From positions 1 through 59,054 of the forward strand of contig JAAXXZ010000006.1 of the NCBI GenBank assembly GCA_013334245.1: a stretch of DNA of 59,054 bases. The letters run 5' to 3'. This document shows, one piece after another, positions 8,015 through 16,904 of the stretch. Both the position numbers and the translations under genes were made by a program. Within the stretch, counting starts at the first letter, position 1, and each line of letters opens with the position of its first letter. Origin of the DNA: Candidatus Moraniibacteriota bacterium (GTDB lineage Bacteria; Patescibacteriota; Minisyncoccia; Moranbacterales; UBA1568). The notes below the pieces were generated by a model. It worked only from the letters and a program-made list of their open reading frames with translations. It was not told the DNA's origin and ran no database searches.

Positions 8015-9622
8015 ATGAAAAACGACATAAAATACCTCGTATATCTGCGGAAATCGACCGACTCGGAGGATCGTCAGATCCAGTCTATCGAGGACCAGAG
8101 AAAGGAGCTGCGGCGTATCGCCGATCAGCTTCATGTCGACATAGTCGGATATTACCAGGAGAACATGTCGGCGAAGCGTCCGGGACGTCCGGAATTCAAC
8201 CGAATGTTGTCCGACATCAGGAAAGGGAAGGCTACTGGTATTCTCTGTTGGAAACTGAACCGACTTGCGAGAAATCCGGTCGACGGAGGTGAAATCATGT
8301 GGCTCGTCCAGGAGGGAATCATACAATCGGTACAAACACCCGGACGGGAATACAAGACTGGGGACAACGTCATCATCATGAGCGTCGAATTGGGTATGGC
8401 GAGTCAGTATGTCCTCGACCTGAGTCGGGACGTAAAAAGAGGCATGCAGTCAAAAGCCGAGAAGGGGTGGCGTCCCGGAAGGGCACCGCTCGGATACCTG
8501 AACGACAAAGGAGGGGAGCAGGGGAACAAAATCATACATGTGGATGAGGAGAAATTTCCACTCGTCCGGAAACTGTGGGACCTCATGCTTTCCGGTGAAT
8601 ACTCGGTTCCCAAGCTGACAGATATCGCAAACGACGACTGGGGACTGAAACGGTCCACCTCCAAGGGTGATAAACGGCTTCATGAGAGCCATATCCACAA
8701 GTTGTTAACTAATCCCTTCTACTACGGTGAGTACACCTGGAACGGAGTTACCCATCAAGGGAAACACCAACCCATGATTTCACAAGACGAGTTCGACCGC
8801 GTGCAATCACTGCTCGGCCTCAAAGCGAAACCTCAGACCAGACACCGCTTCCTTCCATACCGGGGGATCCTTCGTTGCGGGGAATGCGGATGTTATATAA
8901 CAACCGAAAAAAAGACCAAACTAATCAAATCTGAGGGGAAACTTCGTTCCTATATCTATCACCATTGCACCCACAGGAAAGCTGATGCGAATTGCAGACA
9001 AATGCCTGTCAGTCATGAGGAAATAAACTCGCAAATACTTGAAATCTTGAAAAATATATCAATCCCGGAGAGTTTTCTCGCGTTCGCTTTGGACATCCTG
9101 CGACGTGACAATGAAATTCAGACGGAAAACAGGGCGACTATGGAAAAGAACCACCGGAAGACCCTGGCAAGCTGTAATCAGAGGATAGACAACCTGATCA
9201 AGGCATACATCTCACAGGAAAACCAGGATAGGGACCTCATCAGCGATCAGGAGTTCAAGGACCAGAAATCTTCTCTGATTAAGGAAAAGACCACCGTTCA
9301 GACAAGAATCGAGGGTCTCGAACGACAGGCGGAGGAGTGGTTCAACCTGACGGAACAGAGTTTCAGATTCGCGACCCACGCAAGACATGAGTTCGAAACG
9401 GGTGATTTCGAGACGAAAACGCGTATTCTGATGGCTCTCGGTCAGAACTTTGTCCTGAAGGACGGAAAAGTCACTATTCAATTGAAAAAACCATACCAGA
9501 TCATGGAAGAAGGGAGGAAACGGATACAAGCGGAAAACCCAGGGTTAGAACTAGACTCTTTAGCTTTAGATAAAACAAAAACAGCCTCTTTCGAGGCCGT
9601 TTCTGCTACTCTGAGCGGGTAA
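8015..9622 (+). CDS. Large serine recombinase (resolvase + recombinase + Zn ribbon + coiled coil)
   Basis: YLRKST catalytic motif, SAKRPGRPEF, KLNRLARN, APLGY, NPFYYG, CGECG...HC...C. Confidence 0.95.
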   Translation: MKNDIKYLVYLRKSTDSEDRQIQSIEDQRKELRRIADQLHVDIVGYYQENMSAKRPGRPEFNRMLSDIRKGKATGILCWKLNRLARNPVDGGEIMWLVQEGIIQSVQTPGREYKTGDNVIIMSVELGMASQYVLDLSRDVKRGMQSKAEKGWRPGRAPLGYLNDKGGEQGNKIIHVDEEKFPLVRKLWDLMLSGEYSVPKLTDIANDDWGLKRSTSKGDKRLHESHIHKLLTNPFYYGEYTWNGVTHQGKHQPMISQDEFDRVQSLLGLKAKPQTRHRFLPYRGILRCGECGCYITTEKKTKLIKSEGKLRSYIYHHCTHRKADANCRQMPVSHEEINSQILEILKNISIPESFLAFALDILRRDNEIQTENRATMEKNHRKTLASCNQRIDNLIKAYISQENQDRDLISDQEFKDQKSSLIKEKTTVQTRIEGLERQAEEWFNLTEQSFRFATHARHEFETGDFETKTRILMALGQNFVLKDGKVTIQLKKPYQIMEEGRKRIQAENPGLELDSLALDKTKTASFEAVSATLSG

Positions 9623-9685
9623 CGGGAGTCGAACCCGTATTTCGTCCTTGGCAAGGACGCGTAATAGCCGCTATACGATACCCGC
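9614..9685 (-). tRNA. tRNA-Gly(GCC)
   Basis: GCGGGTA acceptor stem, GTCCT-TGCCA-AGGAC anticodon arm, GGTTCGACTCC T arm. Confidence 0.95.
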
Positions 9686-9714
9686 CTTCGCGCTCCGCGC
9701 TTCGGCGTGGCAGG
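9682..9714. repeat. Short REP-like palindrome
   Basis: CCGCCTTCGCGCTCCGCGCTTCGGCGTGG; also a 19-bp direct repeat (1 mismatch) at 9711-9729 and 9769-9787. Confidence 0.4.
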
Positions 9715-9800
9715 CCCGCTTTTCACCGACGCTACGGCTTGGCACATCACTCGAGAGCGATATCGTGACAGGCACGCTTTTCACCGATCTTCACCGCCTG

Positions 9801-9873
9801 TGGGACTGGCTGGATTCGAACCAGCGACCAAGCGGTTATGAGCCGCCTGCTCTAACCGCTGAGCTACAGTCCC
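9801..9873 (-). tRNA. tRNA-Ile2(CAT), lysidine type
   Basis: GGGACTGTAGCTCAGCGGTTAGAGCAGGCGGCTCATAACCGCTTGGTCGCTGGTTCGAATCC...; body resembles ileX rather than Met tRNAs. Confidence 0.85.
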
Positions 9874-9926
9874 GGCCGGAACATGGCTATAAATGGTATT
9901 ATACACCACTTATACACATTTTCCTG

Positions 9927-9998
9927 TGCCTGGGGACAGAATCGAACTGTCGACACGAGGATTTTCAGTCCTCTGCTCTACCACTGAGCTACCCAGGC
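9927..9998 (-). tRNA. tRNA-Phe(GAA)
   Basis: Full cloverleaf; GAGGA-CTGAAAA-TCCTC anticodon arm. Confidence 0.95.
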
Positions 9999-10060
9999 GA
10001 AACACAAATATGAGTGTACAAGACTTTTCCTGACCCGTAAATACCCCGGCCGATTGTCTG

Positions 10061-10134
10061 TGGGCAATGGAGGACTTGAACCTCCGACCCCCTCGGTGTA
10101 AACGAGGTGCTCTAACCAACTGAGCTAATTGCCC
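10061..10134 (-). tRNA. tRNA-Val(TAC)
   Basis: Full cloverleaf; CCTCG-TTTACAC-CGAGG anticodon arm. Confidence 0.95.
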
Positions 10135-10142
10135 ATCAAAAC

Positions 10143-10244
10143 TGGACTCGCCCCGCATCCGCGGGGCGCCCGGCGAATGCCTGGGCGAACCCCCGACCCC
10201 CTCGGTGTAAACGAGGTGCTCTAACCCGCTTGAGCTAAGCGTGC
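10143..10244 (-). pseudogene. Disrupted second tRNA-Val(TAC) copy
   Basis: D and anticodon arms nearly identical to the adjacent tRNA-Val; 37-nt double palindrome (10149-10185) in the T loop; no 3' acceptor strand. Confidence 0.75.
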
Positions 10245-10264
10245 CTTGATTTCCACACCTCTCA

Positions 10265-10292
10265 AGTATAGGGCACGGAATCCAAATGGCAA
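10265..10292 (-). promoter_or_regulatory. Promoter for the Val/Phe tRNA cluster
   Basis: Minus strand TTGCCA-16 nt-TATACT. Confidence 0.55.
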
Positions 10293-10320
10293 GCAAAAGG
10301 AACAGGCCGTCCTGTTCCTT
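10293..10320 (-). terminator. Intrinsic terminator after tRNA-Leu
   Basis: AAGGAACAGG/CCTGTTCCTT stem with T-run on the minus strand. Confidence 0.7.
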
Positions 10321-10330
10321 CGTTCCGTTG

Positions 10331-10414
10331 TGCCCAAGAGAGGACTCGAACCTCCAATCCCTTGCGGGAACTAGCACCTCAAGCTAGCGCGTATACCAAT
10401 TCCGCCACCTGGGC
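10331..10414 (-). tRNA. tRNA-Leu(GAG)
   Basis: CTAGC-TTGAGGT-GCTAG anticodon arm; long variable arm TCCCGCAAGGGA. Confidence 0.95.
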
Positions 10415-10426
10415 AGGTGGGAAGAA

Positions 10427-10921
10427 CTACTTCCCGGACTCCTTACCGCCATCGTCATTCACCTCCTCAACCGAAGTCTCGCTCTCTTCAACCGAGACTT
10501 CTTCCGCTTCTGTCTCGGACGCCTCCAAAGCCAACTCTTCTTCCGGCTTCAGGCCCTTTCCGATCTTCAATCCCACCTCCTTAAGCTTGCGACGAAGCAG
10601 TTTTGCCGACTTCTCACGAACGAAATACAGCTTGGCACGACGCGAACGAGTGCTCTTCAGAACCTCGATCTTCTCGATGTTCGGAGAATATATCGGGACG
10701 ACGATCTCTACGCCTATTCCAAAGGACGTCTTTCGTACGGTAATGGTAGGGGACGAGCTCTGTCCTCCGCGCATGGCGATGACCATGCCCTGGAAAATCT
10801 GTACCCGCTCCTTGCCTCCCTCTACGATTTTTCGATGAATCTTCACAACATCTCCAGCATGAAGCACCGGAACGTCCTTTGTCCTGCGTTCCATGTTGAA
10901 CGCTATGAGGTCTTTGTGCAT
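10427..10921 (-). CDS. rplS: 50S ribosomal protein L19 with acidic C-terminal tail
   Basis: GDVV...EGGKERVQIFQG...TVRK...GVE...RRAKLYF; start moved to MHKDL. Confidence 0.95.
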   Translation of the reverse strand: MHKDLIAFNMERRTKDVPVLHAGDVVKIHRKIVEGGKERVQIFQGMVIAMRGGQSSSPTITVRKTSFGIGVEIVVPIYSPNIEKIEVLKSTRSRRAKLYFVREKSAKLLRRKLKEVGLKIGKGLKPEEELALEASETEAEEVSVEESETSVEEVNDDGGKESGK

Positions 10922-10985
10922 ACGGTTATTTGCCCTATTCCAAGCGGTTTCCGCCACGGAAAATCGGAATGATAGAAAAAAAGAT

Positions 10986-11993
10986 TCAGTCCTCGCGCTT
11001 GCGATTCGAAGCTTCCCCAGGATAACCCGGATTTTCAGCGGCGTCAATACCTGAAATGAAATCCGCGAAGTCCGCAGGCAACGGCGCCTCATAGACACGA
11101 ATGCCGTCCTTAAAAGGGAACGCTATCCGCGAAGCGTGCAGCAGCTGTCTTCTCGGCATGCCCTCCCGTCTCATGCGTCGACCTCCATAGAGACTATCGC
11201 CGAGTACGGGATGTCCGATGGCCGCAAGGTGGATACGTATCTGATGCGTCCGGCCCGTTTTCGGAAAGATCTCCAAAAGGTCATACTCGGCATATCGATG
11301 CTTCAGCCGATATTCCGTCAGCGCCTCTTTCATCTCGCCATCGAACGACTGCGGATCTTTGACGGCCTGTCTCTGCAGCGTTCCCGTGCGTTGCGCGAGC
11401 GGATAGTCGATTTTTCCTTCCTCATCCGGCACATGCCCAACGACGAGCGCGAGATAGGCCTTCTCCGTTTTCCGCTCGCGAAACGCCTCGCGCATCACAT
11501 CACAAGATTCGTCCGTCTTGGCAAGCACGACGACTCCGCTGGTGTTCCGATCCAAACGATGGACGATACCCGGCCGGATCGGGTCGCCTCCCACCATCGC
11601 CATTTCTGGCCTCGTTGCCGCGATCCAGTTCGCTACGGTATAGGTCCGGTCATTTCCCCCCGGATGCATCTGCACTCCGAACGGCTTGGAAAGGATCAAC
11701 AGGTCGTCGTCCTCGAAGATGATCGGAAGTGAGAGATCGGGATTCGCGAACAAACCTTCCTTCGGAGTCGGAGCGATCCTCGACACCACCACGTCCCCGT
11801 ATCGCAGACGTCGAGTCGGGCTCGTTTCGGTCTTACCGTTCAGCGTGACCAATCCAGCCTCGATTCCGGCGCGGGTATCGCTCCGCGAAAGTCCGTCCAT
11901 CCTCGTATATGCCGCCAAAAAGGCGTCCAGCCGCTTTCCGGATGAGATCTGCTGAACCGTCTTTTCTATCACGAATCCGTCTCGCGTCTCCAT
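10986..11993 (-). CDS. RluA/RluD-family pseudouridine synthase
   Basis: S4-like N-terminus, GIVHRLDRNTSG, TGRTHQIR, GDSLYG, LHA. Confidence 0.93.
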   Translation of the reverse strand: METRDGFVIEKTVQQISSGKRLDAFLAAYTRMDGLSRSDTRAGIEAGLVTLNGKTETSPTRRLRYGDVVVSRIAPTPKEGLFANPDLSLPIIFEDDDLLILSKPFGVQMHPGGNDRTYTVANWIAATRPEMAMVGGDPIRPGIVHRLDRNTSGVVVLAKTDESCDVMREAFRERKTEKAYLALVVGHVPDEEGKIDYPLAQRTGTLQRQAVKDPQSFDGEMKEALTEYRLKHRYAEYDLLEIFPKTGRTHQIRIHLAAIGHPVLGDSLYGGRRMRREGMPRRQLLHASRIAFPFKDGIRVYEAPLPADFADFISGIDAAENPGYPGEASNRKRED

Positions 11994-12133
11994 ATGTGGC
12001 TGTAGATGATTCGTTCAATGATAGGCCATTCTTCACGGAACGGCAAGCATCCCTTTGACATTGACCGTGCGAAGACTAGTATGAGAACAGGATTCGCATG
12101 GGTGATTCCGCCTAAGAAAATAACCGACCACAT

Positions 12134-12781
12134 ATGGATTGTTGCGAAAATAGGGTTTCATGCGCATCGGGATGCGATTGCGACTGTGCGGATAATCGGA
12201 ACGGGAACCTTTGTTTCTCGATAATTGGTGAGGAGATCTCGGATTTCGAAGGGCAGGTCTTCCATGAAGAGTCGTTCAAGGACGTGCGTCTTTCGGATTA
12301 TCGTGGCAAATGGCTCATCCTTTTCTTTTATCCCGCCGACTTCTCCTTCGTGTGCCCGACGGAACTTGAGGACCTGGCGGAAAATTACACGGCCTTTCAG
12401 GAACTCGGAGCGGAAATACTTTCCGTGAGCACGGACACGGTATACGTCCATAAGGCATGGCATGACCAGTCTGCCGCCGTTCGAAAAGTGACCTATCCCA
12501 TGTTCGCCGACCCGACCGGCGAACTGTCCCGGATATTCGGCACCTATATCGATGACGAGGGCATATCCCTCCGGGGAACGTTCATCGTCGACCCGGACGG
12601 CGTATTGCAGTCGGTAGAAATGAGCTCGAACGCGATCGGCAGGAATTCCGCCGAACTATTACGAAAAATTCGTGCGGCACAATTCGTTCGCGAACACAGC
12701 GGCGAAGTCTGCCCGGCCAAATGGATGAAATCCGGCGATCCGACCCTTACCCCAGGTGTGGACCTCGTCGGCAAGATCTGA
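12134..12781 (+). CDS. ahpC: 2-Cys peroxiredoxin with Cys-rich N-terminal extension
   Basis: FYPADFSFVCPTE and EVCPAKW. Confidence 0.92.
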   Translation: MDCCENRVSCASGCDCDCADNRNGNLCFSIIGEEISDFEGQVFHEESFKDVRLSDYRGKWLILFFYPADFSFVCPTELEDLAENYTAFQELGAEILSVSTDTVYVHKAWHDQSAAVRKVTYPMFADPTGELSRIFGTYIDDEGISLRGTFIVDPDGVLQSVEMSSNAIGRNSAELLRKIRAAQFVREHSGEVCPAKWMKSGDPTLTPGVDLVGKI

Positions 12782-12818
12782 TCGTTCCCGTCGGCGGTAC
12801 CATTGTCATCTTAAACAT

Positions 12819-13382
12819 ATGTACGAGAAAAGGGATTATTCGGAACTACTGGGAACACCAGGCTTTTCCGATATGCTTCTGACAGACCATTTCACCCTGT
12901 ACGAAGGATACGTGAAGAACGTCAACTCGCTTCTCGGGAAGCTTGCCGAGACCGGCGCGGAAACCCAGGAAGGCGCCGAGCTCAGGCGCCGATTCGGATG
13001 GGAATGGAACGGAATGAGACTTCATGAACTCTATTTCGGGAATATCCGGAGCGGAGCCGAAAAGCTGCACGAAGGAAAACTCAGAGAGCGCCTCATCACG
13101 GAATACGGCAGCGTCGAGACCTGGGAAAACGACTTCCGGTCCGTGGGTGCCATGCGCGGCATAGGCTGGGTCATTCTCACAGAAGATCCCGAGAACGGAG
13201 GGCTGCTCAATACGTGGGTGAACGAACATGATGCCGGTCATCTCGCCGGAGGGAGACCGGTCCTTGTCATGGACGTCTTCGAACATGCGTACCTTCGGGA
13301 TTACGGCATAAAGAGATCGGAATACATCGATGCGTTCATGCGCTCGATCGATTGGAACGTCGCGGAGAAAAGACTCTCCTGA
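12819..13382 (+). CDS. Fe/Mn superoxide dismutase family protein
   Basis: H..LY.GYV, LHELYF, GIGWV, DVFEHAY; start moved to MYEKR. Confidence 0.9.
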   Translation: MYEKRDYSELLGTPGFSDMLLTDHFTLYEGYVKNVNSLLGKLAETGAETQEGAELRRRFGWEWNGMRLHELYFGNIRSGAEKLHEGKLRERLITEYGSVETWENDFRSVGAMRGIGWVILTEDPENGGLLNTWVNEHDAGHLAGGRPVLVMDVFEHAYLRDYGIKRSEYIDAFMRSIDWNVAEKRLS

Positions 13383-13407
13383 ACACGTCACGTTATCCGA
13401 TACGGAC

Positions 13408-13438
13408 GAAGCCCGGACGTCAGTCCGGGTTTTTTGTT
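13408..13438 (+). terminator. Intrinsic terminator
   Basis: GCCCGGAC/GTCCGGGT followed by T-run. Confidence 0.75.
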
Positions 13439-13477
13439 ATCCGATATGTGATATACTGGAGAAAATAATAACATCGT

Positions 13478-14401
13478 ATGCGAATCATAAAACGGAAGTA
13501 TACGTGGATGTTTCTTGTCCCGCTTTTTCTTTTCATCTTCCTCCCGAATCCGTCATTCGCAGCAGACGGATTCACCTACACGCCCCTTGAACCGATTCCA
13601 GGATCGGAAGATGCCGCGAAACTACCGGAATACATCACGGCCATCTACAAGTTCGCATTGTGGGCCGTCGGCATCGCCGCCATGTTCATGATAACCATAG
13701 GCGGCGCCATGTATCTCACGAGCGCCGGGAACACGTCGGCACTCGGAAACGCGAAGGGCGTCATCACCGATGCCATCATCGGCCTCGTGCTCGCTCTCGC
13801 GGCCTGGTTTCTGCTCAATCTCATCAATCCTGACATCCTCAGCGGAGACTTGTCGATATTCAGCATCGTCGGAGGCGACACGCCCTCTACCGCAGGCGGC
13901 GGCACCGGAGCCGGCGCGGGAACGACCGCCCTGACGGCTTCCGGCGGCGCCTGTACCGGGGCGAATTCAGGCTGTTGCAAACCCGGAACGAGATGCGCGG
14001 ACTGCCAAGGATGCGTCCGTTTCACGAACTCGTACGCAAATCTTTGCTATACAGGCGCTATAGGCAACACAGGATGCATGTTGAGCTCGACCTTAGCTGG
14101 GAAGCTCAACGCGGCGAACCTTGACAGCGTCAATGCCGAGGTTTCGGAGGCATGGCCGCCCACTGTTATTCATTCCGCCACTTGCCACGCGAACGGCACG
14201 TGCGCTGACGTCAGGTGCAAGAGCGGCTGCGCGAACGCGAGCGTGGCCAGCATCAAAGCGATTTATGACGCGCTGAAAAATGCCGGGCTGAATCCCGTGT
14301 TCGAAAGCTATGCCGCGAATTGTCCAACGTACACCGCGGCAGGAATTACGTGTATTTCACCGTCGACGATGACGGCGCCGTCGTTTCACGTGAATCCGTA
14401 G
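13478..14401 (+). CDS. TrbC/VirB2-like pilin fused to a Cys-rich domain with a metallopeptidase-like motif
   Basis: Signal peptide; ITIGG..Y.TSAGN...AK..I..AIIGL...INP pilin motif; C-terminal HANGTCAD and FHV; 14 Cys. Confidence 0.75.
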   Translation: MRIIKRKYTWMFLVPLFLFIFLPNPSFAADGFTYTPLEPIPGSEDAAKLPEYITAIYKFALWAVGIAAMFMITIGGAMYLTSAGNTSALGNAKGVITDAIIGLVLALAAWFLLNLINPDILSGDLSIFSIVGGDTPSTAGGGTGAGAGTTALTASGGACTGANSGCCKPGTRCADCQGCVRFTNSYANLCYTGAIGNTGCMLSSTLAGKLNAANLDSVNAEVSEAWPPTVIHSATCHANGTCADVRCKSGCANASVASIKAIYDALKNAGLNPVFESYAANCPTYTAAGITCISPSTMTAPSFHVNP

Positions 14402-14476
14402 ACCCAGTACGGATCGATCGATGTCGTATCCGCAACCCACTCTCACAGGCACGAAGCGCCCGAACGTATCAGCAAC

Positions 14477-15619
14477 ATGAAACGAAACCTACTTATAATC
14501 GGCTCGCTGTTTGTATTCGCCGCTCTTTTCTACGGCGTGTACATCGTCGTCTTCAAGAATAATCCCAGCAACCCTATCGCGGACGAAAAGAAACGTCTCG
14601 AGTCGAAACAAGAGGAAGCGAAACTGTTTTCTCAGAACGCCTCCGGCGAAACGATATCGACGGTCATCGACTCTCCGACCGTCGGCGCCACGATCGTCGA
14701 CGAAAACCACATCGCCTATTTTTCGGATCGGCAACTGAAGCGGACGTCACTCGGCGGCGGAGGAGAGGAGGTCATGCTGAGCGATCTCCCGGGAGATGTC
14801 TTGGACGCGACATGGTCGCCGGATCGGGAGCGCGTCCTTGCACTATTGGAAACCGAGTCGGGAAAAAAATGGTTTCTGGTTGTCCCTTCCGAGAAAACCG
14901 CTACTCCGCTCAAAGCCGGAATCACTTCGCCAGTGTGGTCGAATCTGTCCGAACGGATCTTCTATTCGTATGCCGATCCGAAATCCGGCACAGCGGAACT
15001 TGATTCCGCGAAACCCGACGGCACGGACTGGAAGCGAGTGGCCACGATGGATGAGCCGAGCGCTTTTCTGTCCACGGTCCCTTCTACCGCGATCATCTCG
15101 TATTGGAACAAGCCTTCGGCATTCGAGGCGACATCTCTCTTTACGGTATCCGCCTCCGGCGGCACCCCGAAGAAGATTTTTTCGGAAAAATTCGGCGCCG
15201 ATTACCTCTGGGCTCCTGACGGAACCAAGGTACTGATCAGCAACACGCTCTCAAAGGGGGGAACGGAGACGCGCCTTGGAATCGCGAACCGGGACGGCGG
15301 AGAATTCAAGACCCTGCAGGCGCCGACGATCACATCGAAGGCGGTATGGTCGAAGGACGCGAAAACGGTCTATTACGCGCTGCCCCTGTCCATTCCGGAC
15401 CATGCCGTTCTTCCGAACGACTACTTCGGAAGGCCTATACATACCCAGGACTCCTTCTGGAAAATGGATGTCGCGACCGGGAAAAGCGACCGGATCATAG
15501 AACCGGACCAGATTGATGGAAACTACGACAGTTTTCGGCCATTTCTTGATTCGAATGAACGATACCTCTACTTCACTGACAGGGTCGACAGGAAACTGCA
15601 TCGGATCCCGCTGAAATGA
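14477..15619 (+). CDS. Membrane-anchored TolB-like beta-propeller protein
   Basis: N-terminal TM helix; repeated WSPD/WSN/WAPDG/WSKD. Confidence 0.7.
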   Translation: MKRNLLIIGSLFVFAALFYGVYIVVFKNNPSNPIADEKKRLESKQEEAKLFSQNASGETISTVIDSPTVGATIVDENHIAYFSDRQLKRTSLGGGGEEVMLSDLPGDVLDATWSPDRERVLALLETESGKKWFLVVPSEKTATPLKAGITSPVWSNLSERIFYSYADPKSGTAELDSAKPDGTDWKRVATMDEPSAFLSTVPSTAIISYWNKPSAFEATSLFTVSASGGTPKKIFSEKFGADYLWAPDGTKVLISNTLSKGGTETRLGIANRDGGEFKTLQAPTITSKAVWSKDAKTVYYALPLSIPDHAVLPNDYFGRPIHTQDSFWKMDVATGKSDRIIEPDQIDGNYDSFRPFLDSNERYLYFTDRVDRKLHRIPLK

Positions 15620-15674
15620 CCTCCTCATCGGAACGGCCGCCCCGAGCCGTGGGCGGTTTTTGTTATCTTGTCGA

Positions 15675-16904
15675 TCAAATATCCGACGTACCGGCTTCGT
15701 ACGGGCCAAGGTTCGACAACGAAAGGATCAATCCGTAGACGGCAAAGAATGCCAAAGAAAGGTCGTTCTTGAAAAAGGGCGTGTCCACAAGGCCGTGCAC
15801 GAAAAAAGTGACGAGAAGTGCCAGCATGACGCCTGCCGCGCCGCTCGTCCTCGTCTGCGGACCGAAAGCAAAAATCGACGACCTTTCGACTAATGAATAG
15901 AGTATCATGACAAACCCGGCGAATCCGATCGCTCCGGTCGAAAGCCAAACAGCCAGAATGAGGTTCTGAGGGTGAGGAACCGCCCACTCGAGATATGTCG
16001 GAAATTGAGGCTGCATATCGAGATAGGCCCGTTCGAAATTTCTCAACCCGATACCGAGAATCGGATGATCGGAAAGCAGCTGAACGGATACGTTCCATAT
16101 CATCACGCGCGAGGCAATCGAGCTCCTCACCTGGCCGGTTTCAAGCACACTCCAAGAAGAACCCACGAACACGGCCGGAACGAGAATAGTCAGAAAACAA
16201 AGAGTAGCGAGAGTAATGACCACCCCCCTTTTAAGCCGAAAGTATGAAGCGACCAGAACGACAGACCCGATAAGTGTCGCTATCAGCGCCCCAAGCGAGC
16301 CGGTTCGCAATATCACGACCACGATCAGTAATAACGAGACCGAAACCAATGTGAATAATCCGTCACGCCCCGCCCTCAGCCTTTCCAGAAGGAAAAACAA
16401 GCCGATCGGCACTCCCGCCTCAAGGAAAAGCGCGAGGTGATTCGGCGATGGAAAATATGAGGCGAGTCGCCCGTCATACGTGACATGAACAAACGGCAAT
16501 GGTGCCATTGATATCGCCGCGACCGCCACGATACCGAGATACCAGAACAAGAGGACGCGCCGTCTTTCGGAATCGCTTTGAACGACCTGGAAGAGCAGCG
16601 TGCCGAATATGGCAGGAAACACGATCCAACTTTTTAACGCGCCGAGTTCGGCATGGCTGAAGCCCGAGGAAGCGGATGAAACGAAAGAACCGACAATGAA
16701 TGCCGAAAGAGCGACGGAGACGAGGGCAGGAATCGGACGCCACTTGATCTCCGCGGCGCGCAAACCAAAGATAAATGCCACCATTCCGACAAGAATGAGC
16801 ACCTCCGGGAGATAAAGGGGGACACCGAAGACGGTCACTCCCGTCTGTGAAAGCGGCAGCGACAGCATCGTCAAAATCACGATCTTTTTCGATAAGTCTT
16901 TCAT
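15675..16904 (-). CDS. O-antigen ligase (Wzy_C) family membrane protein
   Basis: Multi-TM; R..S.F.SPN, SR..IW, PILGIG, HPQN, HGLVD. Confidence 0.85.
   Translation of the reverse strand: MKDLSKKIVILTMLSLPLSQTGVTVFGVPLYLPEVLILVGMVAFIFGLRAAEIKWRPIPALVSVALSAFIVGSFVSSASSGFSHAELGALKSWIVFPAIFGTLLFQVVQSDSERRRVLLFWYLGIVAVAAISMAPLPFVHVTYDGRLASYFPSPNHLALFLEAGVPIGLFFLLERLRAGRDGLFTLVSVSLLLIVVVILRTGSLGALIATLIGSVVLVASYFRLKRGVVITLATLCFLTILVPAVFVGSSWSVLETGQVRSSIASRVMIWNVSVQLLSDHPILGIGLRNFERAYLDMQPQFPTYLEWAVPHPQNLILAVWLSTGAIGFAGFVMILYSLVERSSIFAFGPQTRTSGAAGVMLALLVTFFVHGLVDTPFFKNDLSLAFFAVYGLILSLSNLGPYEAGTSDI

Larger units (their letters stand above)
381..9616. mobile_element. Integrative element inserted at the 3' end of tRNA-Gly(GCC); serine-recombinase type
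   Basis: Recombinase stop overlaps the tRNA 3' end; TGAGC direct repeat at 381-385 and 9612-9616; AT-rich cargo; joining the outer flanks restores tRNA plus terminator. Confidence 0.75.

Noticed and set aside
9771-9779. Possible distant 3' acceptor strand for the disrupted tRNA-Val (split tRNA)
   Set aside because: Only a 9-nt match, no adjoining T-arm half, and part of a local direct repeat.
10149-10185. Self-splicing tRNA intron
   Set aside because: Far too short for group I/II, and removal would not restore an acceptor stem.
9648-10377. ORFs 9648..10013 and 9910..10377
   Set aside because: They are translations of tRNA genes.
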